From assembly GCA_946965045.2 (NCBI GenBank), contig OX337228.1:6919077-6983076 (forward strand): a DNA stretch of 64,000 bases. Direction: 5' to 3'. The notes under the pieces are model-generated. The model had not been told where the DNA came from. It searched no databases and saw nothing but the letters and a program-made list of their open reading frames with translations. Of this stretch, positions 9,038-18,901 are shown in pieces; the first letter of the stretch is position 1, and each line of letters begins with the position of its first letter. Source of the DNA: Epithemia pelagica (lineage: Eukaryota > Protista > Bacillariophyta). The position numbers and the translations under genes are program-made.

Positions 9038-11002
9038 ATGGGTCAAGACAGTGAGGAAGCAGCAGAGTTTGTGGTGACGGTGCGAAATGAGCATGTGAAA
9101 ATGAAAGAGTGGTACAACAGCAGCCACACCCACAGCCCGGTGACACGAATGCTACAGGACAAGTACGGTCCGTATCCCTCCATGTGGAAAGAAGTCCTGA
9201 ATTGGCCAGGATGGAAGGAAACTCGGAAGGAATATCTCAAGGCAATGCAACAACAAGAAAATCGTCCAGGAGGAGTTGCCGTCAAAATTGAGAGCGACAC
9301 CAATAACAATGGCACTGCTGGAGAGGCTCCCCGCAAACGAAAATCGCGATGGGGCAAAGCGGCATCCGAACCTTCGAATGGCCAGTCGGATCCTCCAGTG
9401 AACAAACGATTCGCTCCCCTACCACCAGTCCCATCCTCACGACAACCACCCCGTGTCGTATTGCCGAGCATGTCCTTGGTCAACACCAACTTGACGCAGC
9501 AACAACAACAGGATCTCCGAACCATGCAAGCCAAGCTTCGTGCCGTGAACGATCGTCTGGAAAATCTAGAAGTGGAAGCAGCACGTGTCGATGCGCTCCC
9601 ACGAGAACATCGAGATCGATCGCCTTCGCCGCCTCCAAGTAAGTATAATCGTTTGCTCACAATCGACTTTTGTGTTGCCTTTTGGGGTTCGAATAAGAGT
9701 CCATTCCATGTTTCTTGTAGCTTACCATCTTTTTCTTGTTTCTATATGTCTCTAGTTTACGGTGCTGATGGGAAACGAAAAAATACACGAGCGGTCCGTT
9801 GGAGGGAACGATACACGGCGGAGCGTCAAGACTTGTTGGAAAGTATCATGCGGTTATCCAACAAGGGCAACGTTGGACCCGTGTTACCAACGGGGGCGGC
9901 TTCCTTATTGGTACGACGGCGAGTCAAAAAGATTCTAGTACCCGTAGAAGAACATCCGAACTACAATTTTATTGGATTAATCATTGGACCACGAGGCAAG
10001 ACGCAAAAAGAATTGGAAGCCAAGACGGGCTGCAAAATTGCCATTCGCGGTCGGGGATCGGTCAAGGAGGGAGCTCGTGGTCGCCGGGATGGTAAAGTCA
10101 TGGACGGAGACAATGAACCCTTGCATGTGGCCATTTCGGGAGATGATCAACGTGCTGTGGATGCGGCATCGGAGATGATTGAACAAATGCTCGTCGTCAT
10201 TGACGATGAAAAGAATGTGCACAAACAACAGCAGCTTCGAGAATTGGCCCTCTTGAATGGTACATTGAAGGAAAATGATGCCTTTTGCGAAATTTGTGGT
10301 GAGAAAGGACATCGATCCTTTGAATGTCCCAAACGATTCCTTAACAAGGGTGCCATGGGGAAAGGCATCAAGTGTGCCATTTGTGGTGACACTAGTCATC
10401 CCACACGCGATTGTACGCGACGCAATCTGGACCCTACCAATCCTGCGGGCGGTGATGCCAACCAACAAGGAAGTGAACAAAAGATTGATTCTGAATATCT
10501 CTCTTTCATGGCTGAACTGGATGGCTAAAAGGCCAACCAGCCAGCCAACGAACCGATATCAAATGACGGTGGGGACAAACTTCCACCTCCACCACCCAAT
10601 GGAAGCCTTCCACCCTTGCCGCCTGCACCGGAAGGGCCACCACCCTTACCTCCCTCTGCAGCATCGACTACCAGTGGAACTACGCAACCTCCTCGTCCCT
10701 CCGCGCATGCCCCAAATTCTTTGTATAGAAATTTCCAACCCGAAGGAAGTATGGCACAGCCACAACAACAACAATATCATCAACAAGCAGGATATGGTGC
10801 GGGCTATAACAACCAACAGTATCAGTATGGGAGCTATGGACCACAATCACACCAGCAGCAGCCCCAACAAGCTACACCGCCACCTCAACAACAGCAGCAA
10901 GCAGCCACACCGATCAAACCAGGTGAAGAAACTGCCGGGTGGGACCCTTCTAGTTACTACGGTAGCTACGACAATGGGGGAGGAGGATTCAATTGGTGGT
11001 GA
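9038..11002 (+). CDS. SF1: Splicing factor 1 / branchpoint-bridging protein (intron 9639-9755) with an in-frame TAA at 10526-10528 before the Pro/Gln-rich tail
   Basis: ULM RKRKSRW; RSPSPPPIYGADGKRKNTR after splicing; KH-QUA2 NFIGLIIGPRGKTQKELE..TGCKIAIRGRGSVKEG; two CCHC knuckles. The same frame continues past the TAA to 11002. Start codon uncertain. Confidence 0.92.
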
Positions 11003-11208
11003 TGACCATGTATCGACTTCTTCCTCGTTTCCATTCATAAAGACTAACACCTACTCCTAACTGAAATCTCTCCTTCCATAGCAAATAATAGCAGCACCAT
11101 CCTTTGCTCCATATTTCGTGACCGCGTTTGGGTCGCAGATTCGGAGGACCATCCATTCACGACATGATCATCCGAATGCCTGAAAGATACCCTGATGGAC
11201 AATGAACC

Positions 11209-13016
11209 ATGAACTCCAAGTCCTTGCTATTATGCGTCCCCCTTGCTGTTTGTTTCTACGAAACTGTCTCGTTCAATGTGCAATTCATTCCTCAAACCCT
11301 CGGTGCAAATAATGTCAGGAGATTCTGTTCTGCAGCAAATTCTGTAACTTCTGTCGAAAAAGACGATTCCGAGGCTCGTCCGAAGCTGACCAAATTGTCT
11401 CGTCCAGAGCGCAAAGCCTTGGAACGTGCAAGGAAAGCCAAAGCCTCATCGCAACAAGACGGCAATCGCAAAAGACAAACTTCCACGGTCGATTCTCCCG
11501 AATTGACGGCCGAATCCACGTCGGAGCAGGTGTTGACGGCCATTAAGAGAGCCCAAAATAGTCGAGATACAGCTCAACTCATGAGAATTGCAAAATTGTT
11601 GTTGGAGACGACAAATGACTCGTTTATGGCCAATGGTTCCCAAGGATCCTTGTTATCGCGACTGGCCGTGGCGGCCTTGCGTCTCAACAATCATGCAATC
11701 GCCACGGACGCCATTTCCTATCGTCAAAATCAGTTTCGCCATGACATGAATCCTCTGGAAAGTTGTGCGACTGTACGAAATCTATTGCGTGCTGGAAATG
11801 GGACAGAGGCGTACCAAATCCTCGAGGAGGAATTGTCGTTGCCCATGATATCAACCAACGAGGACGAAACGGCTGAAGCACAATGCAATTTGTTAAAATC
11901 TCGAGCCCAAGCCCTGGCATCCATTGCCTCGTGGCATTTTTTCGGGGGAGAACCTCGAGCTGCAGTGTATGCGTGTCGTATAATGTGTGCCATGGGACCT
12001 GCTGTGCGCCAGGCAGAGATTTCGGGTTCGGAACTGGGAGTGCCCTTTTTGCGTCTCTTTCAAGGCGCCAGTCAATGTCAATCCAAGATTCGTACAGGAG
12101 ACCAAATAGTCAAAGAGGCTTTCCTTGGCCCCAACAGCGAAAAAGTGAGCAAACTCCAAGTTCCCTGCAACGTAGTGTATGCCGTTTTGGATGTCATGAT
12201 GACTTTACCTTCGGAAAATGACGACCGCGTCTGCGAGGTACTTTCGAATGCCTTGGTACGCCGCGTTCTGTTTGTGACGGGGGCGGTCAACATGGATGGT
12301 TGTCCTCCACCCGATCGAGGGGAAGCGGCCTTTATCGGAAGAAGCAATGTGGGCAAGAGTAGCTTGGTCAATGCCGTGACGAACCGCAAAGCACTGGCCT
12401 ATACTAGCAAACGACTCGGCAAGACACAACAGTTCAACTTTTTTGCCGTCAATGACAAGGTCGGTCGAGAACAAGAAATCAAATACGGCGACATGGTGCA
12501 TGGAAGCAAGGATGCAGATTCGTTCTATATGGTAGACGTAAGTGAAATTGCTGTTTCGTGGGTCTGGAAAGAGTCTCATTGCGCGCTCGTTCTCACACGT
12601 GCTGCTTCTACGAGCTTCCCGGATTTGGCTACGCCAGGGTACCAGAGAAACAACGCCAAGAATGGTCCTCCTTTATGCAAGAATACATTGCAACTCGCCC
12701 AACCCTACGAGTCTTGTAGCACTTGATTGATAGTAGGCATGGTCCAACCGAAGAGGATGCCGCTATTATGAAGCACGTCGAGGAAAACATTCCTCCCACA
12801 GCCAAATATGTAATTGTCCTAACAAAGGCGGATAAGAATAGCAAAGGAGCACCGGGAAACTATTCTGGAAAGGTATCCAACGATGTCATGAACAAGCTGC
12901 GCCAGGTAATGGGAGAAACGTTACAGCATGATGTTCCTGTTGTTTTGACATCGGCGGAAAGCAAGCTCGGCAGAGATAAAATGTGGAGCTATCTTCGCCG
13001 TGCTGCCATTTCCTAA
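11209..13016 (+). pseudogene. engB: Plastid-targeted EngB/YihA GTPase with a nonsense codon (intron 12538-12614)
   Basis: Signal-peptide-like N-terminus MNSKSLLLCVPLAVCFYETVS-F; G1 GRSNVGKSS; DLPG after splicing. TAG at 12717-12719 where copy 1 has TTT; switch I reads SKRLGKTQ. Confidence 0.85.
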
Positions 13017-13044
13017 ACTGTAGCGCACGGTTCTCTAAAGTCTA

Positions 13045-14550
13045 TCAACTGGTTTCGGTCCCTTGTTTCCCCGACGACATGACCCAATCCGTCATGCGAT
13101 TCAGTTTCCAATGACTCAGATCGACCTTGTTCCGTTCGGCCAGGGCAAGCACTTTCAAAAACAGCAGTGTTGCCGGTTCGCCATTGGAACCAATTTCTTC
13201 GCAGATAATGTTCAAAACAATTTCATAGGCGCGATGTGACGGTGGATCATCGATATCGTACAGCATTTCGACCTTCGAACCTCGGTGGCATTCATTAACA
13301 GGGGAGTGGTAAGACTGTCCATTTTTACCAAGAGATCCCATGCTTTCTTGGACCAATATAGTTCCTCTGGGGGCGTTTCTCCTTTTTGCTTAGCTTCTTG
13401 CCAATAAGCCCATAGGACACGTTTGTAGTCGGCTCCTTTTACTTGTACATCACCGCCCCCAATCAGGGTTCGCAGCTCCAAGTGCGCCAGCCATGTCGTA
13501 AAGTGTTGTCCCACTTGCGGAGGAGAAATGAGGGTGAGCAGCGTCGTATGTTGCGAGGTGCTGGTTAATGACTCCGACTTGGACATGGACGAATCCAGCA
13601 AGGCCATGACAAATTCCACGTCACTGACAGAGTTTCGATCGGATTTGGGTGTGTCGCATAATAATGGCAGAGCAGATGTTTGCACTGTTCAAGGTACCAC
13701 CCAGACAGAGGAACTGGAGGACTTTTTCGGTTTGCGAGGCATCCAAAATGGTAAAGGTGGGATCTTGTTTGAGTGCAATGTCCAAGAGCTCGATAAAGCG
13801 TTCCGAAGCCTCTCGACAATATTCGGGCAAGGTGAATCCAATTCCTGCCGGAGTGGATTACGACGATGTGGTTGTTGAGCTTGGAGCAAACGGGCAAACG
13901 AAAAGAGCATGGGTCGCAACACGTTGAGAGTGGTGGATTGTCCCACTTTGGTATACTCGTGAATCGCCGTATCCGATTTGGAGTTTTTCGGATTGTCGTC
14001 TGGTTTCGATTCAGAGTCTGCTTCTTCTTCTTCTTCTTCTTCTTCTTTTTGTGCACGACCGGTCAAAAAGTTGACAATGCTGGATGCGGTGCAACCCTCG
14101 AAGAGCCGCCAGTGCCAAATCCAAGAGTTGCATTTGAGTTCGTCTCTGTTTTCGGTAGGTGGTTCGTCGTCAAGGGAAAGCTTTGGTTTGGACGACACAG
14201 CCCCATCTCGCACAAAGGACTCGAATCATATGGTCCTCTCGACTGTGCACCACGGCACTCTTTTCAATGGCAACTTGCGCCTTGCAAATCGCTTCGTCGA
14301 ATGATTTGGAGGCACCATCAAAGTCACCTTGCTTCAGAAGCGCCCGACCATGTCGTGTTAAGAGTTTCACTTCGAGCGGTGGCCCCCATCTCTAGAGAAA
14401 TGCTCTCCGTTTTTGGAAATGTGCTTAAGGCCATCACGGCAATCACAGGCCGACACTTCAAATAGACCCAATCATTAACAGTGAGGCTGCTCGTTTCGAA
14501 TGGAGAACTGCTAACAAATCTCCCAATTGGATACAAGCTGGGCTTTCGGA
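13045..14550 (-). pseudogene. TPR-like-motif protein pseudogene, copy 2
   Basis: Same frameshift and stop pattern as 2444-3930; longer poly-Glu tract. Confidence 0.55.
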
Positions 14551-14969
14551 TAGCATTCTAATACCATGGTATAATGGCGAATTGAAGTCCCGTAGTCACC
14601 TTTCATGTAGCACCTTTCATGAAGCACCTTTCATGAAGCACCTTTCATGTAGCATCGACGAGCGTCTTCCTTGATTGCCGCAATGGAATTCTTCATCTCC
14701 ATTCTTGCGACCGTGTCACGATGCCCCTCTGTTGTGGAACTGCACCCGACGGTTGATTGTTGCGCCGAACTCCGTTGCCCTCGAGGAACGTGTTGTTGCC
14801 GTAGAGGTGCGTGCAAGACTGCCCCGACGGTTGATTGTTGCGCTGTGTTAAACCGACCCCGCTGCCTCGCAGCTCCAGGGTCCGATCGCCAATCAACACG
14901 AAACGCCAACAACAACACGCAACAATCCAACACGCACAAAAAACAAATACGAACGAAATACGATTGACC

Positions 14970-15890
14970 ATGATGATGTGTGATTGTGATTACTGTTACG
15001 AAAAGATGATCAGCTCCGAATGGGCTCTGTTAGTTGCTCCTTTTGTGGTTCTCATACTGTGTTACGGTGTCGCTGATGTCCTCGATGAGGCGAAACTTAT
15101 CGTCCAACACCTGCTTCGGGTCATTTTCAGCAAGAAAAGTCGTACTACAAGTAGCGAAACTGCGGAGCTTCGACACGAACATGCGGAGCTTCGACAGCTT
15201 CGACACGACAAAGCTCAGCTTCAACAACAGCTGGCCATTGCCGAAGCTAAGCAACAAAAAGAAATTGCAGCGAAGGATGGAGCCTACAAGAAGCTTCGTC
15301 GCGAGAATGCGGCGCTTCGAGTGAGGAAAGTGCGGTCTGGCCGAAAGCTTCGACGCGAAAATGCTCAGCTTCAACAACAGCTTGCTGTTGCCGAAGCAAA
15401 GCTTGCTGCGAAGCAACGCGAGAATGGTCGCCACGAGGATGGAGAGATCGAGATTCGCGATCGCGAGGAGGAGGTCGACGTCGACACTGTTGCTGTTCTG
15501 CCTTGCGAGTTCGACGCTGACTTGGACTTCCCTCCTCTCGCACTCGCAGACGATCTCGAGGACGACGAGGAGACCCCTCTAGTTCCAGTGGACCGTCCTG
15601 AGCCTGAACCCGCGCTCATCCCCGACAACGACGACGAAATCACTTTGGGGCACGACTCACCCCCTCGAAAGTCCACCCCTCCTTCCCCCTACCCCACCCC
15701 CACTGAAAAAGATACCTCGCCTCAGATGGATGAGAATGCCCCCCAGAGCGTGATCGAGAGTTCCGCCGGCCCCGAGAACACCCCACATTTGGGCAGAATC
15801 CTTACTGTTGCCTACTCCAAAAAGGCACGCCGAATGGTTCACGTTCGACGATCCGCTCGTCTTTTGTCAGCGGGTACGGGTAAAAAATAG
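14970..15890 (+). CDS. Orphan 306-aa protein, copy 2
   Basis: Intact ORF, a few substitutions relative to 4318-5238. Confidence 0.7.
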   Translation: MMMCDCDYCYEKMISSEWALLVAPFVVLILCYGVADVLDEAKLIVQHLLRVIFSKKSRTTSSETAELRHEHAELRQLRHDKAQLQQQLAIAEAKQQKEIAAKDGAYKKLRRENAALRVRKVRSGRKLRRENAQLQQQLAVAEAKLAAKQRENGRHEDGEIEIRDREEEVDVDTVAVLPCEFDADLDFPPLALADDLEDDEETPLVPVDRPEPEPALIPDNDDEITLGHDSPPRKSTPPSPYPTPTEKDTSPQMDENAPQSVIESSAGPENTPHLGRILTVAYSKKARRMVHVRRSARLLSAGTGKK

Positions 15891-16130
15891 AAAAACAGAA
15901 AAATAACATGTCGGTTGTCGGTTGCCAGTGGTACGTGCGCACGTTCGTGTCGGTTATGAATCTTTCCATACTCTCACTCTACCCCTTCTTCTGTTTCTAG
16001 CGATTGCAAAATTCTACTCCTACTCCTACATCAGCTGAGTCTAGCTCGAGTCCTTGTCGGAGATGTCCTTGTTGGTTTGTTGGTTTGTTGGTGTGTTGGT
16101 TGTCGGTGTGTTGGTTGTCGGTGTTATCAC

Positions 16131-16471
16131 AAAACCCTGGTGGCACGAGGACTTTGTCCTTGTGTCATCAGGTATGGCATGGAGACTTCGGTCTCTGTGC
16201 CATTTGGGAAGAGTGCCATAGTTGCCCCTGGAGAATCCATTGATTCCTCCAGGCTTCCCAAATTTCACAAAATCCTGGTGGCACGAGGACTTTGTCCTTG
16301 TGTCACCAGGTATGGCATGGAGACTTCGGTCTCTGTGCCATCCCAAAATCCTGGTGGCACGAGGACTTTGTCCTTGTGTCACCAGGTATGGCATGGAGAC
16401 TTCGGTCTCTGTGCCATTCGGGAAGAGTGCCATAGTTGCCCCTGGAGAATCCATTGATTCCTCCGCTTCCC
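16131..16471 (+). ncRNA. 76-bp double-hairpin array, copy 2 (3 units)
   Basis: Same H1/H2 hairpins; one unit fewer than copy 1. Confidence 0.6.
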
Positions 16472-17010
16472 TACCCGCTGTATTTAAGTGTTGGGTTGAT
16501 CGATAACGAGTGGATTAGTGTTTCGGCTAAAATGTTTCTATATAACATGTAGTGGTAACAATAGCAAGTGGAACATTTGAACATGCACGACAACATTGCT
16601 GACTAGTGATTCCTAGGAGTAGTCGACAATCAGAGAGGATAAATGGTAATTGCTGTTTAAGTGGCTGAAGCTACTTCATGCGCTTCTTTGTGAGCTTTCT
16701 TGCCTTTCCTACACCAGAGCGACCCTTCTTTTTCCGGAAACTTGATGGTCCAAATCCATCATCCTATTCGTAGTCGATCTCCCTTGGCGTATTGTCCCTT
16801 TCTTATCTTTCTCTCTTTTTCAAAACACCACCACCCTCAACTACGCTCTTTAGCACCTTCATACTTGGTTCTCGTTCATTCTGCGAAACCTTCTTATTTC
16901 CAGTGGCACTCTTGTATTTTGGTTTCTTCCGATTGGACAACACATCTTTTTGCGCTATGGTTCATCCTCTCTCATTGTGTCAAATCGCTCCATATGCAGT
17001 CGATCGTTGA

Positions 17011-17502
17011 GTGACCCAGAGAGGAGAAACCGTGGAATCCTTGCCACGCTTCCTGGATGATATATCGGTCTACTCTTTTTTGTCGCCTGCAAGTCTACTG
17101 GGACGCCAGGTATGTGGACGGTGGAACCATTGTCACGATCCATGGGTATTTGATTTCATGGAGCGACAAGTGGTGCCGCTTGCCAAGACTCTTGCACGTT
17201 CCGGATTGCGCATACCTTGTTCTGTGTGTTTCTCCATTCGGACACGCTTTTCGCTTCGCGCTGCCGTTCCCATGGATCTGCATGAGAGGGATCCTCCTTG
17301 TTTTTGACCTCCACATAATTTGGCCATTCGTTGCTGTCGTCGTTTGCTGTTTGATATCCTCCATGACGGAACATTCATGTTCCAGTGGCTTTGTCCCATA
17401 CCGTTCGCGAGCGCTTGTTCTTTGGCAATGGAATTCCTCTCTCCCCCGCGCAAACGTTTCCCATTTCGTCTTGTTCTTTGCTTCTGGAGGAGGCTGGAAT
17501 GA
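17011..17502 (+). pseudogene. F-box protein pseudogene, copy 2
   Basis: Same motif and early stop as 6437-6928. Confidence 0.6.
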
Positions 17503-17519
17503 CCACGTACGTTGCGTGA

Positions 17520-18260
17520 GAGAGTCGGACACACTGGATCAGAAGACTGTCGTCCAACCACACGTTCGACAACTTACCAGCTGAGCACACGAGGAACTCG
17601 ACCATCGTCTGGTAGAGGCAGACGCACCATTTCTCTAGTGTCACTCGTTTCTGGGGGGAATTGCCACACGACCTCTACAACACAAACTGGGCACAACCAC
17701 CACCATTGGAGGCTTTTGGGAGGAAACAAGCCTCGTCGTCGACACGGGCAACGTCGAACGCTGGGGTCCACGAGATCAACGTCTTGTGTGTCCGTGGTGT
17801 TGGGCTTGGAGGAGTTTGCTGGTTTTTTTTCTGGTCGATTGACTTGAGCATATCGACGAGGTGCGCAATCATGGCCAACAACCAATTTTTCAAATCCAAA
17901 CGTGCCAAAGTTTCTCCGTTGGACGACAACACGGGCTGTTGGATCTCCGTCTCGTCGACGACAGGATCCTCCTCCACGTCATGCGTTTCATTGGCTATTC
18001 CATTGTCATCGATGGAGCTGCTATCCGATTCACGTTCCTGTTTTTGTGAAGTTTCAAATGCACGGGCACTTTCTTGATCGTCCTTGACAGCAAGGCCGTC
18101 GTGGCATTCTGAACCATCAGTTTCTAATATAGTTCATCCACATTGGTTGTCACAGCAACCTTATGGGACGCCAATTCCTGTGGAGAATGAATCCGTCTTG
18201 AATAGCAATTCCTTGCACCATGATACGAGTATTCGAGATATTACACTCAAGTCCAACGAA
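17520..18260 (-). pseudogene. Decayed unknown gene, copy 2
   Basis: LKNWLLAMIAHLVDML..SWTPAFDVARVDDEAC..VWQFPPETSD..MVRLPLPDD with stops; diverged paralog of 6950-7560. Confidence 0.45.
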
Positions 18261-18901
18261 CCATGGAGGAGTCGACCAAACTGATGGAGCGAGAAAAAGA
18301 TATCCGTACGTGTCTTGTCTAATAGAGTACGGGTTATTCTAGCTAGAGGAAGACCACAGAAACTACCTATACTATGTTGTCGTATCGTCGACGATGAGCT
18401 TTTGTTCGAACCTGCGCGCCCACGCGAGGCGGTCCGGTGCGCGAAATGTGTGACCAAAACTGGGTACCCTAGAGGGCATAACGTATTGTAGGTGCCCTAT
18501 GGAATCGTCTCGATAAGGAGTACACCTCCGTGTGGTTGATTCACACACAAGACTCAATCTATCATGACTAGTTCTCTCTAGGCATGCGATAGGAGGCGCC
18601 ATAATAGTCTCTCGAATGCCCACAAGCTACCTATTAGTCTCCTATAGTCTAAAGCCACGATGGTGTGGGATGGATTCCCCTTGTGTGTGTGTGTGTGTGT
18701 GTGATGATTGAATTCTCTGTGGTTATACTGTTACACTGTGCTGCTAGATACACTCCATGGCTGGTTCCCAGCTCCATTTGTTGGTTCCATCCCGTTTCGT
18801 TCCCCAGGGTCCGTAGTCTTTTATTTCCCAGATTGCGCCCATGTATAAGAGGGGGTGGTGTCATTTCCTCGTTGTCATCGTATTATTTATAAAGAATGAT
18901 T

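Larger units (their letters stand above)
14597..16471 (+). mobile_element. Putative inserted orphan element, copy 2
   Basis: Same layout as 3979-5895, with 4 copies of the 14-bp repeat (14597-14652) and 3 hairpin units. Confidence 0.4.
11572..18577 (+). repeat. Segmental duplication, copy 2
   Basis: Matches 982-7948 and is contiguous with the native 5' end of EngB. Confidence 0.95.

Noticed and set aside
10526-12719. Non-standard genetic code as the explanation for in-frame stops
   Set aside because: The EngB TAG aligns to TTT in the sister copy, stops of all three types occur alongside frameshifts, and intact genes end normally in TAA and TAG.
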